60,478 bases of DNA, from the NCBI GenBank assembly GCA_022560655.1, contig JADFSS010000007.1, positions 1 through 60,478 on the forward strand, written 5' to 3'. Numbering within the stretch: position 1 is the stretch's first letter; each line of letters starts with the position of its first letter. The notes beneath the pieces were generated by a model that made no database searches, had not been told where the DNA came from, and saw only the letters and a list, made by a program, of their open reading frames with translations. This DNA comes from Fidelibacterota bacterium (GTDB lineage: Bacteria > Fidelibacterota > Marinisomatia > SCGC-AAA003-L08 > TS1B11). The position numbers were made by a program, and so were the translations under genes. Positions 39,428-48,284 of this stretch are shown piece after piece.

Positions 39428-41485
39428 ATGGTACCGGAAACCACTATCGGCATTCCAGCACTGTTCTATGCCTTTGCCGCTGCCGCCATGTTCTACTTCG
39501 CCTATAACCTCCGGCGAGCCTTCGCTGCCCGCATGGGCCGTCCCACGGGTTACTCCATCCGGCCCCTCCAGTTGCTGCGCAACACCCTGGTTTACGGCCT
39601 GGCTCAGCGTAAGGTTGCCTCCCGCCAGTTTGGCTACGCCACCGTCATGCACGCCTGCCTGGCCTGGGGCTTCATGGAACTCTTTTTCGCCACCAGCGTC
39701 GATTTCCTGGTGGAGCGAGGGCTGTTCCTGGAGCTGCTTCCCCGTAAGGACACCGTCTGGTTTGCCGCCCTCAACGAGCTGGGCGGACTGTTGCTCGTCT
39801 TGGGCGTCGTCCTGGCGCTGGTCCGGCGACATAGCCGTCTCAGGCCCCCAACCCTCCCCCACCGCTCGTTCACTGGGCGGGGCAACCTCATGGGAGACAG
39901 CGGAATCCTGCTGATACTGTTGCTGTTGGGCGTGGGCGGTTTCCTCACCGAAGCGGCCCGCCTGGCGCTGGAAGCCCCACTGTCCGCCAGAGCCTCATTT
40001 GCCGCCTACAGCCTCACTCCGCTCTTCTCCCACGCCACCTGGCAGGTGCTCCAGCCATGGCTCTGGTGGAGCCATGCCGCCCTGGCGCTGACCCTCATCG
40101 CTCTGTTGCCCCAGACCAAGCTGTTCCACATTCTCATGAGCATCGCCAACGTGGCCCTCACCGACACGACCCGGCGTGGCAGTCTGCGGCCGATGGGGTT
40201 GACTGAACTCATGGCCGACCCCGACGCCGATCCTGAAAGCCTGGTACTGGGGGTAGGCCGGGTGGAAGACTTCACCTGGAAACAACTGCTGGACACCCAG
40301 GCCTGCACCGAGTGCGCCCGCTGCACCTCGGTCTGCCCCGCCCATGCCACCGGCTCGCCGCTCTCACCCATGAAAATCATCCAGGACATGCGGCGGCAAC
40401 TTTACAGGCGCGCCTCGGGCGGCGGCACCCCGGAGGCGCTGGTGGGCGGCCTCATATCACCGGAGGAGCTCTGGGCCTGCACCACCTGTGGGGCGTGCGT
40501 AGAGGAGTGCCCCGTGCTCATCGACCACATACCCGCCATCATCGACATGCGCCGGTTCCTGGTCCTCTCCGAGGGCAAACCCCCCGACGAGGCCGCAACC
40601 TCTTTGGAGCAGACTAGCCGGCAGGGCAATCCCTGGGGCTTTCCCCAGGACGAGCGCCTCAAATGGGCGCAGGGTCGTGACCCACCCGTGCCCCTTATGG
40701 CCGACCGCCGGGAGGTGGACGTGCTCTATTGGGTCGGCTGTGCCGGCGCCTACGATCCCCGCAACCAGACCGTCACCCGGGCCATGACCACCATCCTGGA
40801 GGCGGCCGGCGTGGATTATGCCGTCCTCGGCACCGAGGAGCGCTGCACCGGCGACTCCGCCCGGCGCCTGGGTGAGGAGTATGTCTACGAGACCCTCGCC
40901 GGCCAGAACCTGGAGACGCTTGCGAAATACCGCTTCAACCGCATCGTCACCGCCTGCCCACACTGCTTCCAGACGCTGGGCAGCGACTACCGCCAGCTGG
41001 GCGCTGACCTGCCCGTGATCCACCATTCCGAGTACATTCAGGAGCTGCTGGATAATGGGGGCCTGCAGCTTGAAGGCCACCTGAATGAGCGGGTCACCTA
41101 CCACGATGCCTGTTACCTGGGACGCCATAACGGCATCTACGATTCGCCCCGGGAGGTGGTTGCCAGAACGCTGGGCCAGGCGGGCGAACTAGTTGAGGCA
41201 AGCTTGTCCCGCGAGCAGGGCTTCTGCTGCGGCGCCGGCGGCGGAAACATGTGGCATGAGCAGCAGCAGGACCAGCGGGTAAACCTGGCCCGTTTCGACC
41301 AACTCGCCGAGACCGGCGCGACCACCGTGGCCACCGCCTGTTCATTCTGCGCCATCATGCTGGACGACGCCCGCAAGGTGCGCGGCCAGGAGCAGAAGAT
41401 TGCGGTCAAGGATATTGCCGAGCTGGTGGAGGCGAGCCTGGCCCCATCCACCGCAGCGGCTGCCGATAGCCGAGCGCCGGACTGA
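39428..41485 (+). CDS. Membrane-anchored (Fe-S)-binding oxidoreductase: N-terminal polytopic domain, two 4Fe-4S ferredoxin motifs and two cysteine-rich CCG domains (heterodisulfide-reductase/GlpC-like). Putative ETF-linked quinone oxidoreductase.
   Basis: Five to six N-terminal transmembrane helices, CTECARCTSVCP and CTTCGACVEECP motifs, and CCG-domain cysteines (CPHCF, CCGAGGG). It lies 16 nt after etfA. Confidence 0.75.
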   Translation: MVPETTIGIPALFYAFAAAAMFYFAYNLRRAFAARMGRPTGYSIRPLQLLRNTLVYGLAQRKVASRQFGYATVMHACLAWGFMELFFATSVDFLVERGLFLELLPRKDTVWFAALNELGGLLLVLGVVLALVRRHSRLRPPTLPHRSFTGRGNLMGDSGILLILLLLGVGGFLTEAARLALEAPLSARASFAAYSLTPLFSHATWQVLQPWLWWSHAALALTLIALLPQTKLFHILMSIANVALTDTTRRGSLRPMGLTELMADPDADPESLVLGVGRVEDFTWKQLLDTQACTECARCTSVCPAHATGSPLSPMKIIQDMRRQLYRRASGGGTPEALVGGLISPEELWACTTCGACVEECPVLIDHIPAIIDMRRFLVLSEGKPPDEAATSLEQTSRQGNPWGFPQDERLKWAQGRDPPVPLMADRREVDVLYWVGCAGAYDPRNQTVTRAMTTILEAAGVDYAVLGTEERCTGDSARRLGEEYVYETLAGQNLETLAKYRFNRIVTACPHCFQTLGSDYRQLGADLPVIHHSEYIQELLDNGGLQLEGHLNERVTYHDACYLGRHNGIYDSPREVVARTLGQAGELVEASLSREQGFCCGAGGGNMWHEQQQDQRVNLARFDQLAETGATTVATACSFCAIMLDDARKVRGQEQKIAVKDIAELVEASLAPSTAAAADSRAPD

Positions 41486-41741
41486 CCGTGGAAGGCAGCG
41501 CCTTTCACTTCCTGATCGAGCATTTAAGGAGCGTCACGCTGCCTTTCGCGATCGGCCTCATCATCTTGCTCATCTCGTTCCGGCGCTGGCTGAATCGTCG
41601 GGAGTAGAGTTCCGGCTTCCTGCCCGCCTCTACGAGGGGAGACTCACAGATTTAAGCCTTGCACGGCTGCCTCTCGACCCCTACCTTTTCGCACTCTTCC
41701 GATCCAAATAGCGTTGACGACCAACACTGTGGGGGATAGAT

Positions 41742-43583
41742 ATGTATCATTCACATAAGGCTTCCGGCTTGAAATCGCGGCCTACGGCTCTGTCCAGTTT
41801 GCTTCTGCTGCCCTTATTGGCAGGGGTTGCCACGGGCCAATCAGTTACCGGCAGCTACCAGCTCACAGGCGTTAGCGTTCAGTACTACGATGTTGTTCGC
41901 GATACGACCGGATCTCTCGCCGCGTCAGATTCCGCGGCCAGCTACGCCGTGACTGTCAGCTGGCCCAGCAGCGCCCTAGCGGCGGCCGGCAAGGGATTCA
42001 CCCATGAACTGAAGCGTTTTGTGCCCGGTGATACGGTGGCCGCCCCCGCTACACCCGACGGACTCTTGAGCCCCGCAGGGCTGACCGCCTTTGGCATCGA
42101 CCTGAGCATCTTCCTGAATCAGGAGACCGGGACATTCACCATTCCCGCTGAGGGCACGATACCCTCGACCTTTCCCACCATCGACGTGGAAAACTGTTCC
42201 ACGTTTGCCGTGGTGGCCCAGGTTCTAGACCTGGCTGATCTGGCCTTCTCTGCCAACGTTGTGATTGATTCAACCGCCAATTCCATCACCTGGGGCCTGG
42301 GCATTGCCCAGTCGGACGTCTTCGCCTGGTTCGACGCTTTCGATCCTGCGCAGGACCCTTCCGCTCTCCACGATTCGGTCAGCTGGGGCCGCATCACTGC
42401 GCACTTCGGCGGCGGCGACTTTGCCTCCATCGCCTCGCTTACCCTAGAGTGGCGGGCCATCGATGGCGCCGATGCTAATCTCGGTATCGATGAGAACCAT
42501 CCCGACAAGCCGCTGGACCGGGTGCTGGGCATTGCCGTCCTGGATGGGGATACGGTAACGGTGGCTGCTCTTGGCCTGAACGTGGGATCGTATCCCATTT
42601 TAGGGGGATCAGGTGTCGATCACGATGTTGATCCATCCACTCCCAATATCGGTATCGTAGAAGATGTGAATTGGGGCTACCTTTTCGACCCCGTAGGGGA
42701 TGACGAAATACTGCAGAACGGCGATGAGCCCTTGCAGTTCACCGGCTACTACTTCACCCACAATTTCCTGACTGCCGCCAGTGCGCTTGAGGAGAGCTTC
42801 GTCACCGGTTTTACACCTACTGTTGATACCGATGGTGACGGGATTCCGGATGCACCGGCCCTGGTTGTCTATTTCCTCGGCACGGGCCTGGACCTTGCGT
42901 CTGCCACGATTGCCACGGCAGATTCCCTGGCCGATCTGGCAGCGCAAGTTGTGGCTTTGGCCCTTGGTCTTGACGCCCCTTCCGCTGGCGGAATTGGGGC
43001 TGCTGTAGGGGCATCCGTATCGCAGGCGCTTATCGCTTACCTTGCCGGCGGTGGGATGGACTTGCCAGGTGCCATCGATTCCACGGCCGAGGTGGCCATT
43101 GTAACCACTCTGGGTACATTGGCAGCTGCTGGGGTCACCGTGGATGACTCCGACCACGATGTTGACCTAGCGAATCTCGGCGCCGGTGGCCGCCTGCTCT
43201 TCGAGGTGGACAACGTCTGCATTCCCGAACAGCAGCGGCAGGAGGTCTTAGCCCTCTTCGACAGAATCATCCTGGCGGTGGAGTCCGATGATTCCATCAT
43301 TCCGACGCGCTTCGCCCTGTATGCCAACTATCCTAACCCGTTCAACCCCAGCACGCTGATTTCCTTCGACCTCCCGGAGGCCTTGGCCACCGAGCTCACG
43401 ATCTGGAACTTGCTGGGGCAACAGGTGCGGACGCTGTACTCCAGCGAACTGGCCGCCGGACGGCATCAGATCAGCTTCGACGGTCGCGATGATGCTGGAC
43501 TGTCGATGCCAACCGGTATCTACTTCTACCGGGTGCAAGCCGAACGGTTCTCAAGCACCCGCAAGCTGATGTTGCTCAAGTAA
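41742..43583 (+). CDS. Secreted protein with C-terminal T9SS (Por) sorting domain
   Basis: Signal peptide LLLLPLLAGVATGQ. The C-terminal ~80 aa (FALYANYPNPFNPSTLISFDLP...GIYFYRVQAERFSSTRKLMLLK) matches the T9SS type A C-terminal domain signature. The body is rich in D/G/T and has no catalytic motif I recognise. Confidence 0.75.
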   Translation: MYHSHKASGLKSRPTALSSLLLLPLLAGVATGQSVTGSYQLTGVSVQYYDVVRDTTGSLAASDSAASYAVTVSWPSSALAAAGKGFTHELKRFVPGDTVAAPATPDGLLSPAGLTAFGIDLSIFLNQETGTFTIPAEGTIPSTFPTIDVENCSTFAVVAQVLDLADLAFSANVVIDSTANSITWGLGIAQSDVFAWFDAFDPAQDPSALHDSVSWGRITAHFGGGDFASIASLTLEWRAIDGADANLGIDENHPDKPLDRVLGIAVLDGDTVTVAALGLNVGSYPILGGSGVDHDVDPSTPNIGIVEDVNWGYLFDPVGDDEILQNGDEPLQFTGYYFTHNFLTAASALEESFVTGFTPTVDTDGDGIPDAPALVVYFLGTGLDLASATIATADSLADLAAQVVALALGLDAPSAGGIGAAVGASVSQALIAYLAGGGMDLPGAIDSTAEVAIVTTLGTLAAAGVTVDDSDHDVDLANLGAGGRLLFEVDNVCIPEQQRQEVLALFDRIILAVESDDSIIPTRFALYANYPNPFNPSTLISFDLPEALATELTIWNLLGQQVRTLYSSELAAGRHQISFDGRDDAGLSMPTGIYFYRVQAERFSSTRKLMLLK

Positions 43584-43648
43584 GGTACCCGAATCTTGGT
43601 AAAACGGACGGCGAGTTCGCCCTCACGGGCTGACCGTCCTGCCAGCTC

Positions 43649-46600
43649 ATGAAGCCGACCCATCTCGCCGCGATTCTGCTCTTGGTCTCCAGCGCCTGGG
43701 CGCAGCGGGGGTCTATCACCGGCCGAGTCACCAACGCACAGTCCGGCGATCCACTGGTGGCCGCCAACGTCGTAGCCGTCAGCCCCGTTCTGGCGGCGCC
43801 CACCGGCTCTGCCACCGACGCCAGGGGCCGCTATACCGTCGCCAATCTGCCGGCCGGCGAATACACCTTGACCGCTAGCTACATCGGCTACCAGAAACAG
43901 GAGCAGACCGTCAGGTTGGAGGTGGGCGCCACCCTGGAGGCAAACTTTGCTCTCAACCCCCAGGCCATCCAGTTCGACACGTACGTGGTCACGGCATCCC
44001 GCCGCCGCGAGCGCATCGAGGATGCCCCAGCCGCCATTACGGTGATCACCAAACAGACCATCCGCCGGCAGAGCAACACCAATCTGGGCGACTACCTCAA
44101 GGCGGTCAAGGGAGTCGATTTCACCCAGTCCGGTGTGGACAGCTACAACCTGAGCGCAAGGGGCTTTAACGCCTCCTTCAGCTCCCGCCTGCTCACCCTT
44201 ACCGATGGGCGCATGGCCAATGTCCCCTCGTTGCGCCTCATCGCCTACAACGTCATTCCCGTCTCCTTTGAAGACGTGGAGCAGTTTGAGATTGTGCTGG
44301 GGCCTTCGTCGGCCCTCTATGGACCCAACGCTCACAGTGGCGTGCTCAATATCGTCACCCGCTCGCCACGGGAATCCACCGGGACCACCTTCAACATGCA
44401 GGCCGGGAGCAATCAGATCCGGAAACTGAGCATGCGCCACGCCAACGCATGGGGTCCCCTCAGCTTCAAAATTTCCGGCGTCGCTTTCACCGCCGAGGAC
44501 TGGCACCACATCAACGACAATGAGTACAAGGGCCACGATCCCGCTTTCCTGGGACGGCCCTACCAGCTTCGGGACGGGGTAAACAATGACGGCGGCTTCG
44601 TGGAGTTCGGCAATCCCACCTTCACGGCGGACCTGCTGAGCCAGCTGGTAATCGATGAGATACCCGGCAATGGCATCGATGACAACGGCAACGGCTTCAT
44701 CGACGAGCACCTGGGCTGGGAGGGGTGGGCTTTTGCCGATGGGGTCGATAATAACACCATAGCCATCGATGGCGAGCCCGGTTCCCCCATCGTCACACAG
44801 GAGATGATCGACGCCGCAGCCGCCGACCCCTTCAACCGCTATTTTGTGCCCGGCACCGATATCGTCCTGTGGGGTCTCGACGCCGATGACCTGGGCAAGG
44901 CCTACGCTGACGGGGTGGACAACAACCATAACGGCGGCATCGATGAGGGTATTGATACGGGCATCGACGACAATCTGGAGGCCTGGTACGACGGCATCGA
45001 CAATGACGGCGATGGTGAGATCGACGAGGATGACGAACGTTCCGATGCCTGGCTGGACCGCTTCCGTGACTATCGCTACGATGAGCAGGGCAACCTTGTT
45101 GTGGACAGCAATGACGACGGGATATACGGCGGAGATGGCGATTTGAAGGTAAACTTTGGCCATCTGAGGCGCTGGTTACGGGATGCCAACAATGATGGCA
45201 TCGACGATTTTCCCGTGTTTGACGTGCAGAACTACCGCTACGATGTGCGCGCCGACTACGATCCCAATCCCGACTTACACGCCAGTTTTTCCCACGGCTA
45301 CGCCTGGGCCCGCAACATCAATATCACCGGAATCGCCCGTTTCCTGGCCGACGGCTGGATTTACCGCTACTACCAGGGGCGGCTGCGCTACAAGAATCTT
45401 TTCATGCAGGCCTATCTCAATACCAGCTTCTCGGGGCCGCCCAGCCATCCCACCCGTAACCTTGCCACTGGCGGGGTCGTTTTCGACCGCTCCCGGAAGT
45501 TCAGTGGTCAGTTCCAGCACTCCATGGAGTTCCTTGGCCAGCGTCTTCGCTTTGTCTGGGGGAGCGACTATTTCCTCACTCTGCCCGATACCCGCGGCAC
45601 CATCCTCTCCGACGACCAGCTCTTTGACAACCAGGACAACAATGGCAACGGCGAGGCCGGCTCCCCCTTTACGTTTAATGATGCCAACGAGAACCTGCGC
45701 TACGATCCCGGCGAGTTTTTCATTTCCTGGTCAGCCGCCGAGGGGCCGGACACCGTGCATGGTGCTATCGCGGATGGCCTGGACAACGATGGCGACGGCT
45801 TGGTGGATGAGGGCATCGACGAGACAGAGGAAGACAACCGCTTCGTGGTCAACGAGCTGGGGCTGTACTACCAACTCAATTGGGCGCTCTCGGAGAAGGT
45901 GGACTTCATCCAGGCCACACGCTTCGATGTCCACGACCGCCTCACCGACCTGGTGGCATTCAACAATGACAGCTACAACTACAGCCCCCTCAACTGGCGG
46001 TTAAATCCGGACCAGGCGGACGGTACGCAAATCTCGCCCAAATTCGGGCTGGTGTTCAAACCTGCCGATCGCCAGAATTTCCGGCTGACCTGGGCCCGTG
46101 CCTATAACACCCCTTCCAACCAGGCCCTCTTCCTCGATCTATTCGTGACCCGGGCGTCGGTGTTCCGGGTCTTTGCCCGGGGTGCAGCAGGGGGCTACTC
46201 CTTCCCGCGCTGTGAGAATGGCAATATTCACTATCTGGATGTGAAGAATTTCCACTACACCTGCATGGACACCAGCCAGCACCTGGCCTTCTACCTGTCC
46301 GCCGACCCGCGTGTAGAGGGCTACTTCAAGTCCAGGGTGCCCAATCTACCTGAGATCGGCCCGGAAATTGTCACCACGCTGGAGGTGGGCTACAAGGGCC
46401 AACTGGGCCGCACTCTCTACGGCACACTGGATATCTTCCGCAGCCACTACAATTCTTTCGTCAGCGCCATCACCTTCATTACACCGGTCATCGTGAACAA
46501 AACCTTGCTAACCACTGACTACGACGGTGACGGCGTGGTGAACACGGATCCGGATCACATCGTCGATGAGCAAGACCTGGAGGAGGCCCGCAGGAACTGG

Positions 46601-47113
46601 ACCAACGACGCCTATCTGGTGGGCATTGCCGCCCTGGACACCACGCCGGGCCTCACCACCCCCATCGTCGTGGGCTACGCCAATTACGGCGAAACGGACA
46701 TGTGGGGCCTGGACATGAGCCTGTCGTGGTTTATCAGCCGCAGCGTGACTTTGGACCTGAACTACTCCTTCCTGAGTATTTCAGATTTCCGCAACCCTAT
46801 TACAGGCGCCAACGACCCCATTAATGCGCCGCGGCACAAGGCCGGCCTCAAGCTCCAGTATAATCCCCCGAGCGAAAAGGCGTCGGTCTCTCTCGGCTAC
46901 CGCTATGTGGACAGCTTTTTCTGGGCCTCAGGAATATACTTCGGACAGATCAAGGCGTACGGGATACTCGACCTGCACGGTAGCTATCAGTTCAGCCCCC
47001 ATCTGGCCGCCATGATGAGCATCACCAACTTGCTGGATAATCGGCACGTGGAAATCATTGGCGGGCCTGCCTTGGGCCGCACCGCCATGCTCCGGCTCCA
47101 GGCCTCAATCTAG
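43649..47113 (+). CDS. TonB-dependent outer-membrane receptor (1154 aa) with N-terminal carboxypeptidase-regulatory-like domain and acidic calcium-binding-type repeat inserts
   Basis: Signal peptide, then a CarbopepD_reg-like segment (GSITGRVTNAQSGDPLVAANVV...GRYTVANLPAGEYTLTASYIGY). A plug domain follows (YVVTASRRRERIEDAPAAITVI). DGxDNDGDGxIDE-type repeats lie between barrel strands. The C-terminus is a beta-barrel ending ...MLRLQASI (tracked stop 47113). Confidence 0.8.
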   Translation: MKPTHLAAILLLVSSAWAQRGSITGRVTNAQSGDPLVAANVVAVSPVLAAPTGSATDARGRYTVANLPAGEYTLTASYIGYQKQEQTVRLEVGATLEANFALNPQAIQFDTYVVTASRRRERIEDAPAAITVITKQTIRRQSNTNLGDYLKAVKGVDFTQSGVDSYNLSARGFNASFSSRLLTLTDGRMANVPSLRLIAYNVIPVSFEDVEQFEIVLGPSSALYGPNAHSGVLNIVTRSPRESTGTTFNMQAGSNQIRKLSMRHANAWGPLSFKISGVAFTAEDWHHINDNEYKGHDPAFLGRPYQLRDGVNNDGGFVEFGNPTFTADLLSQLVIDEIPGNGIDDNGNGFIDEHLGWEGWAFADGVDNNTIAIDGEPGSPIVTQEMIDAAAADPFNRYFVPGTDIVLWGLDADDLGKAYADGVDNNHNGGIDEGIDTGIDDNLEAWYDGIDNDGDGEIDEDDERSDAWLDRFRDYRYDEQGNLVVDSNDDGIYGGDGDLKVNFGHLRRWLRDANNDGIDDFPVFDVQNYRYDVRADYDPNPDLHASFSHGYAWARNINITGIARFLADGWIYRYYQGRLRYKNLFMQAYLNTSFSGPPSHPTRNLATGGVVFDRSRKFSGQFQHSMEFLGQRLRFVWGSDYFLTLPDTRGTILSDDQLFDNQDNNGNGEAGSPFTFNDANENLRYDPGEFFISWSAAEGPDTVHGAIADGLDNDGDGLVDEGIDETEEDNRFVVNELGLYYQLNWALSEKVDFIQATRFDVHDRLTDLVAFNNDSYNYSPLNWRLNPDQADGTQISPKFGLVFKPADRQNFRLTWARAYNTPSNQALFLDLFVTRASVFRVFARGAAGGYSFPRCENGNIHYLDVKNFHYTCMDTSQHLAFYLSADPRVEGYFKSRVPNLPEIGPEIVTTLEVGYKGQLGRTLYGTLDIFRSHYNSFVSAITFITPVIVNKTLLTTDYDGDGVVNTDPDHIVDEQDLEEARRNWTNDAYLVGIAALDTTPGLTTPIVVGYANYGETDMWGLDMSLSWFISRSVTLDLNYSFLSISDFRNPITGANDPINAPRHKAGLKLQYNPPSEKASVSLGYRYVDSFFWASGIYFGQIKAYGILDLHGSYQFSPHLAAMMSITNLLDNRHVEIIGGPALGRTAMLRLQASI

Positions 47114-47155
47114 CTTAGTCACCTATTGTCGTCATACCGGAGCGGGCACCGGTGA

Positions 47156-47482
47156 TCAGTTAGGGAGTGTGTCGGTGGGCAGCTCGAATGTGATTTCCCC
47201 GGCCCCATCGTTCTGCGACACCCTGATCTCACCAAAGCGGGCTTCGAACTTCTTGATATTGTCCGTCAGGGCAGCGGCAAATGACTTGACGTGCAGCGGT
47301 GTCATGATAATGCGCGACCGCACCCGTGCTTTGGGCATCCCCGGCATTATCTGGCTGAAATCGATAATAAACTCGGCCGGGGAATGGGTGACGATGGCCA
47401 GGTTGGCGTATTCGCCCGCTCCCACCTTTTCATCCAGCTCGATCTGAATCTGCTTGGTCTTGGTTTTGCCCTCAGTGTCCAT
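47156..47482 (-). CDS. DUF3467-family protein
   Basis: 108 aa. YANLAIVTHSPAEFIIDF matches the DUF3467 core. Confidence 0.6.
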   Translation of the reverse strand: MDTEGKTKTKQIQIELDEKVGAGEYANLAIVTHSPAEFIIDFSQIMPGMPKARVRSRIIMTPLHVKSFAAALTDNIKKFEARFGEIRVSQNDGAGEITFELPTDTLPN

Positions 47483-47522
47483 AATGTCCTTCTCCCTCGC
47501 TGTGCCTCAAAGGGCTGTCCGA

Positions 47523-47921
47523 TCAGCCCTCGCCATCAGCGTTCTGCCGCCGGTTAAATTCTTCCCAGTCGTCTTCGAGGCCCTCCCACTGACGAAACTC
47601 ATGCTCGTCGGTGGTGGTCTCATTCAAATCAACGTCTTCATCCAGGTTCTGAATATGCTGGTCGATGCGCTCAAATTCGTTTGGATCGGTTTCGTCCAGT
47701 TCTTCGATGCCGGGCTCATAAACCACGTCGCCACCGTACAGGGACTGATCGAAAAAGTCCATATCCGTAACGATCCCCTGAGCCATGAGGAACTCAACGA
47801 AATCAAGGTATTTCCGGTCTTTCAGATTGGTCCGGCAGCGGGGGCATACCAGAGATTTTGCCAGTTCCTGTTCCTGAAGAGGTTCGTTGCATTGCGGGCA
47901 GACGATCCCCTCGATCTTCAT
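47523..47921 (-). CDS. Zinc-ribbon (CxxC-x16-CxxC) protein with highly acidic C-terminal tail
   Basis: CPQCNE...CPRCRT at the N-terminus, and a D/E-rich C-terminal half. GGAGG lies 7 nt upstream of ATG. Confidence 0.5.
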   Translation of the reverse strand: MKIEGIVCPQCNEPLQEQELAKSLVCPRCRTNLKDRKYLDFVEFLMAQGIVTDMDFFDQSLYGGDVVYEPGIEELDETDPNEFERIDQHIQNLDEDVDLNETTTDEHEFRQWEGLEDDWEEFNRRQNADGEG

Positions 47922-48284
47922 CTAAAACCTCCTCTAAAATGCCGCTGAATGTAAGCGAGAGGCTCCATTTCATCAAGCCCTTTTTCCAGCCTCTAAACCG
48001 TCGGGCAGTGCCGGGCGTCAGCGCCCGAAATCGTGCTTCATGCGCTCGTTGAGATAGGCCGCAAGCCGCCTGGCAAAACGGTCCGGGTTCCGTATGATCT
48101 GCCCCAATTGATGCCGCACCCTGGAACAGTGCTTTGATGAGGATGGCCTGATTTCGGGCAGACGACACCCTTTATACCGACAGACGGGAGGCAAAGGTTC
48201 CCCCCGGTGGCGACGGCCTCGCCCTAGTGCGGATAATCAGGGGCCCGCTCGGCCCGGAGTCAACGGCGGACGAGAGCATACCAC

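Noticed and set aside
43526-45163. 545-aa ORF on the minus strand, opposite the TonB-dependent receptor gene. Similar long antisense ORFs occur at 13249-13935, 18136-19269, 20291-20932, 33014-33724 and 16173-16553.
   Set aside because: These are antisense open frames produced by a 65%-GC coding strand. They have no start context or family motifs, and they fully overlap well-supported genes.
48060-48110. RNase P RNA (rnpB) suspected from an ACGGAACCCGGACCG segment on the minus strand
   Set aside because: There is no P4 (AGGAAAGUCCGGGCUCC) or GGUAAGAGCGCACC module, and the available length is too short for rnpB.
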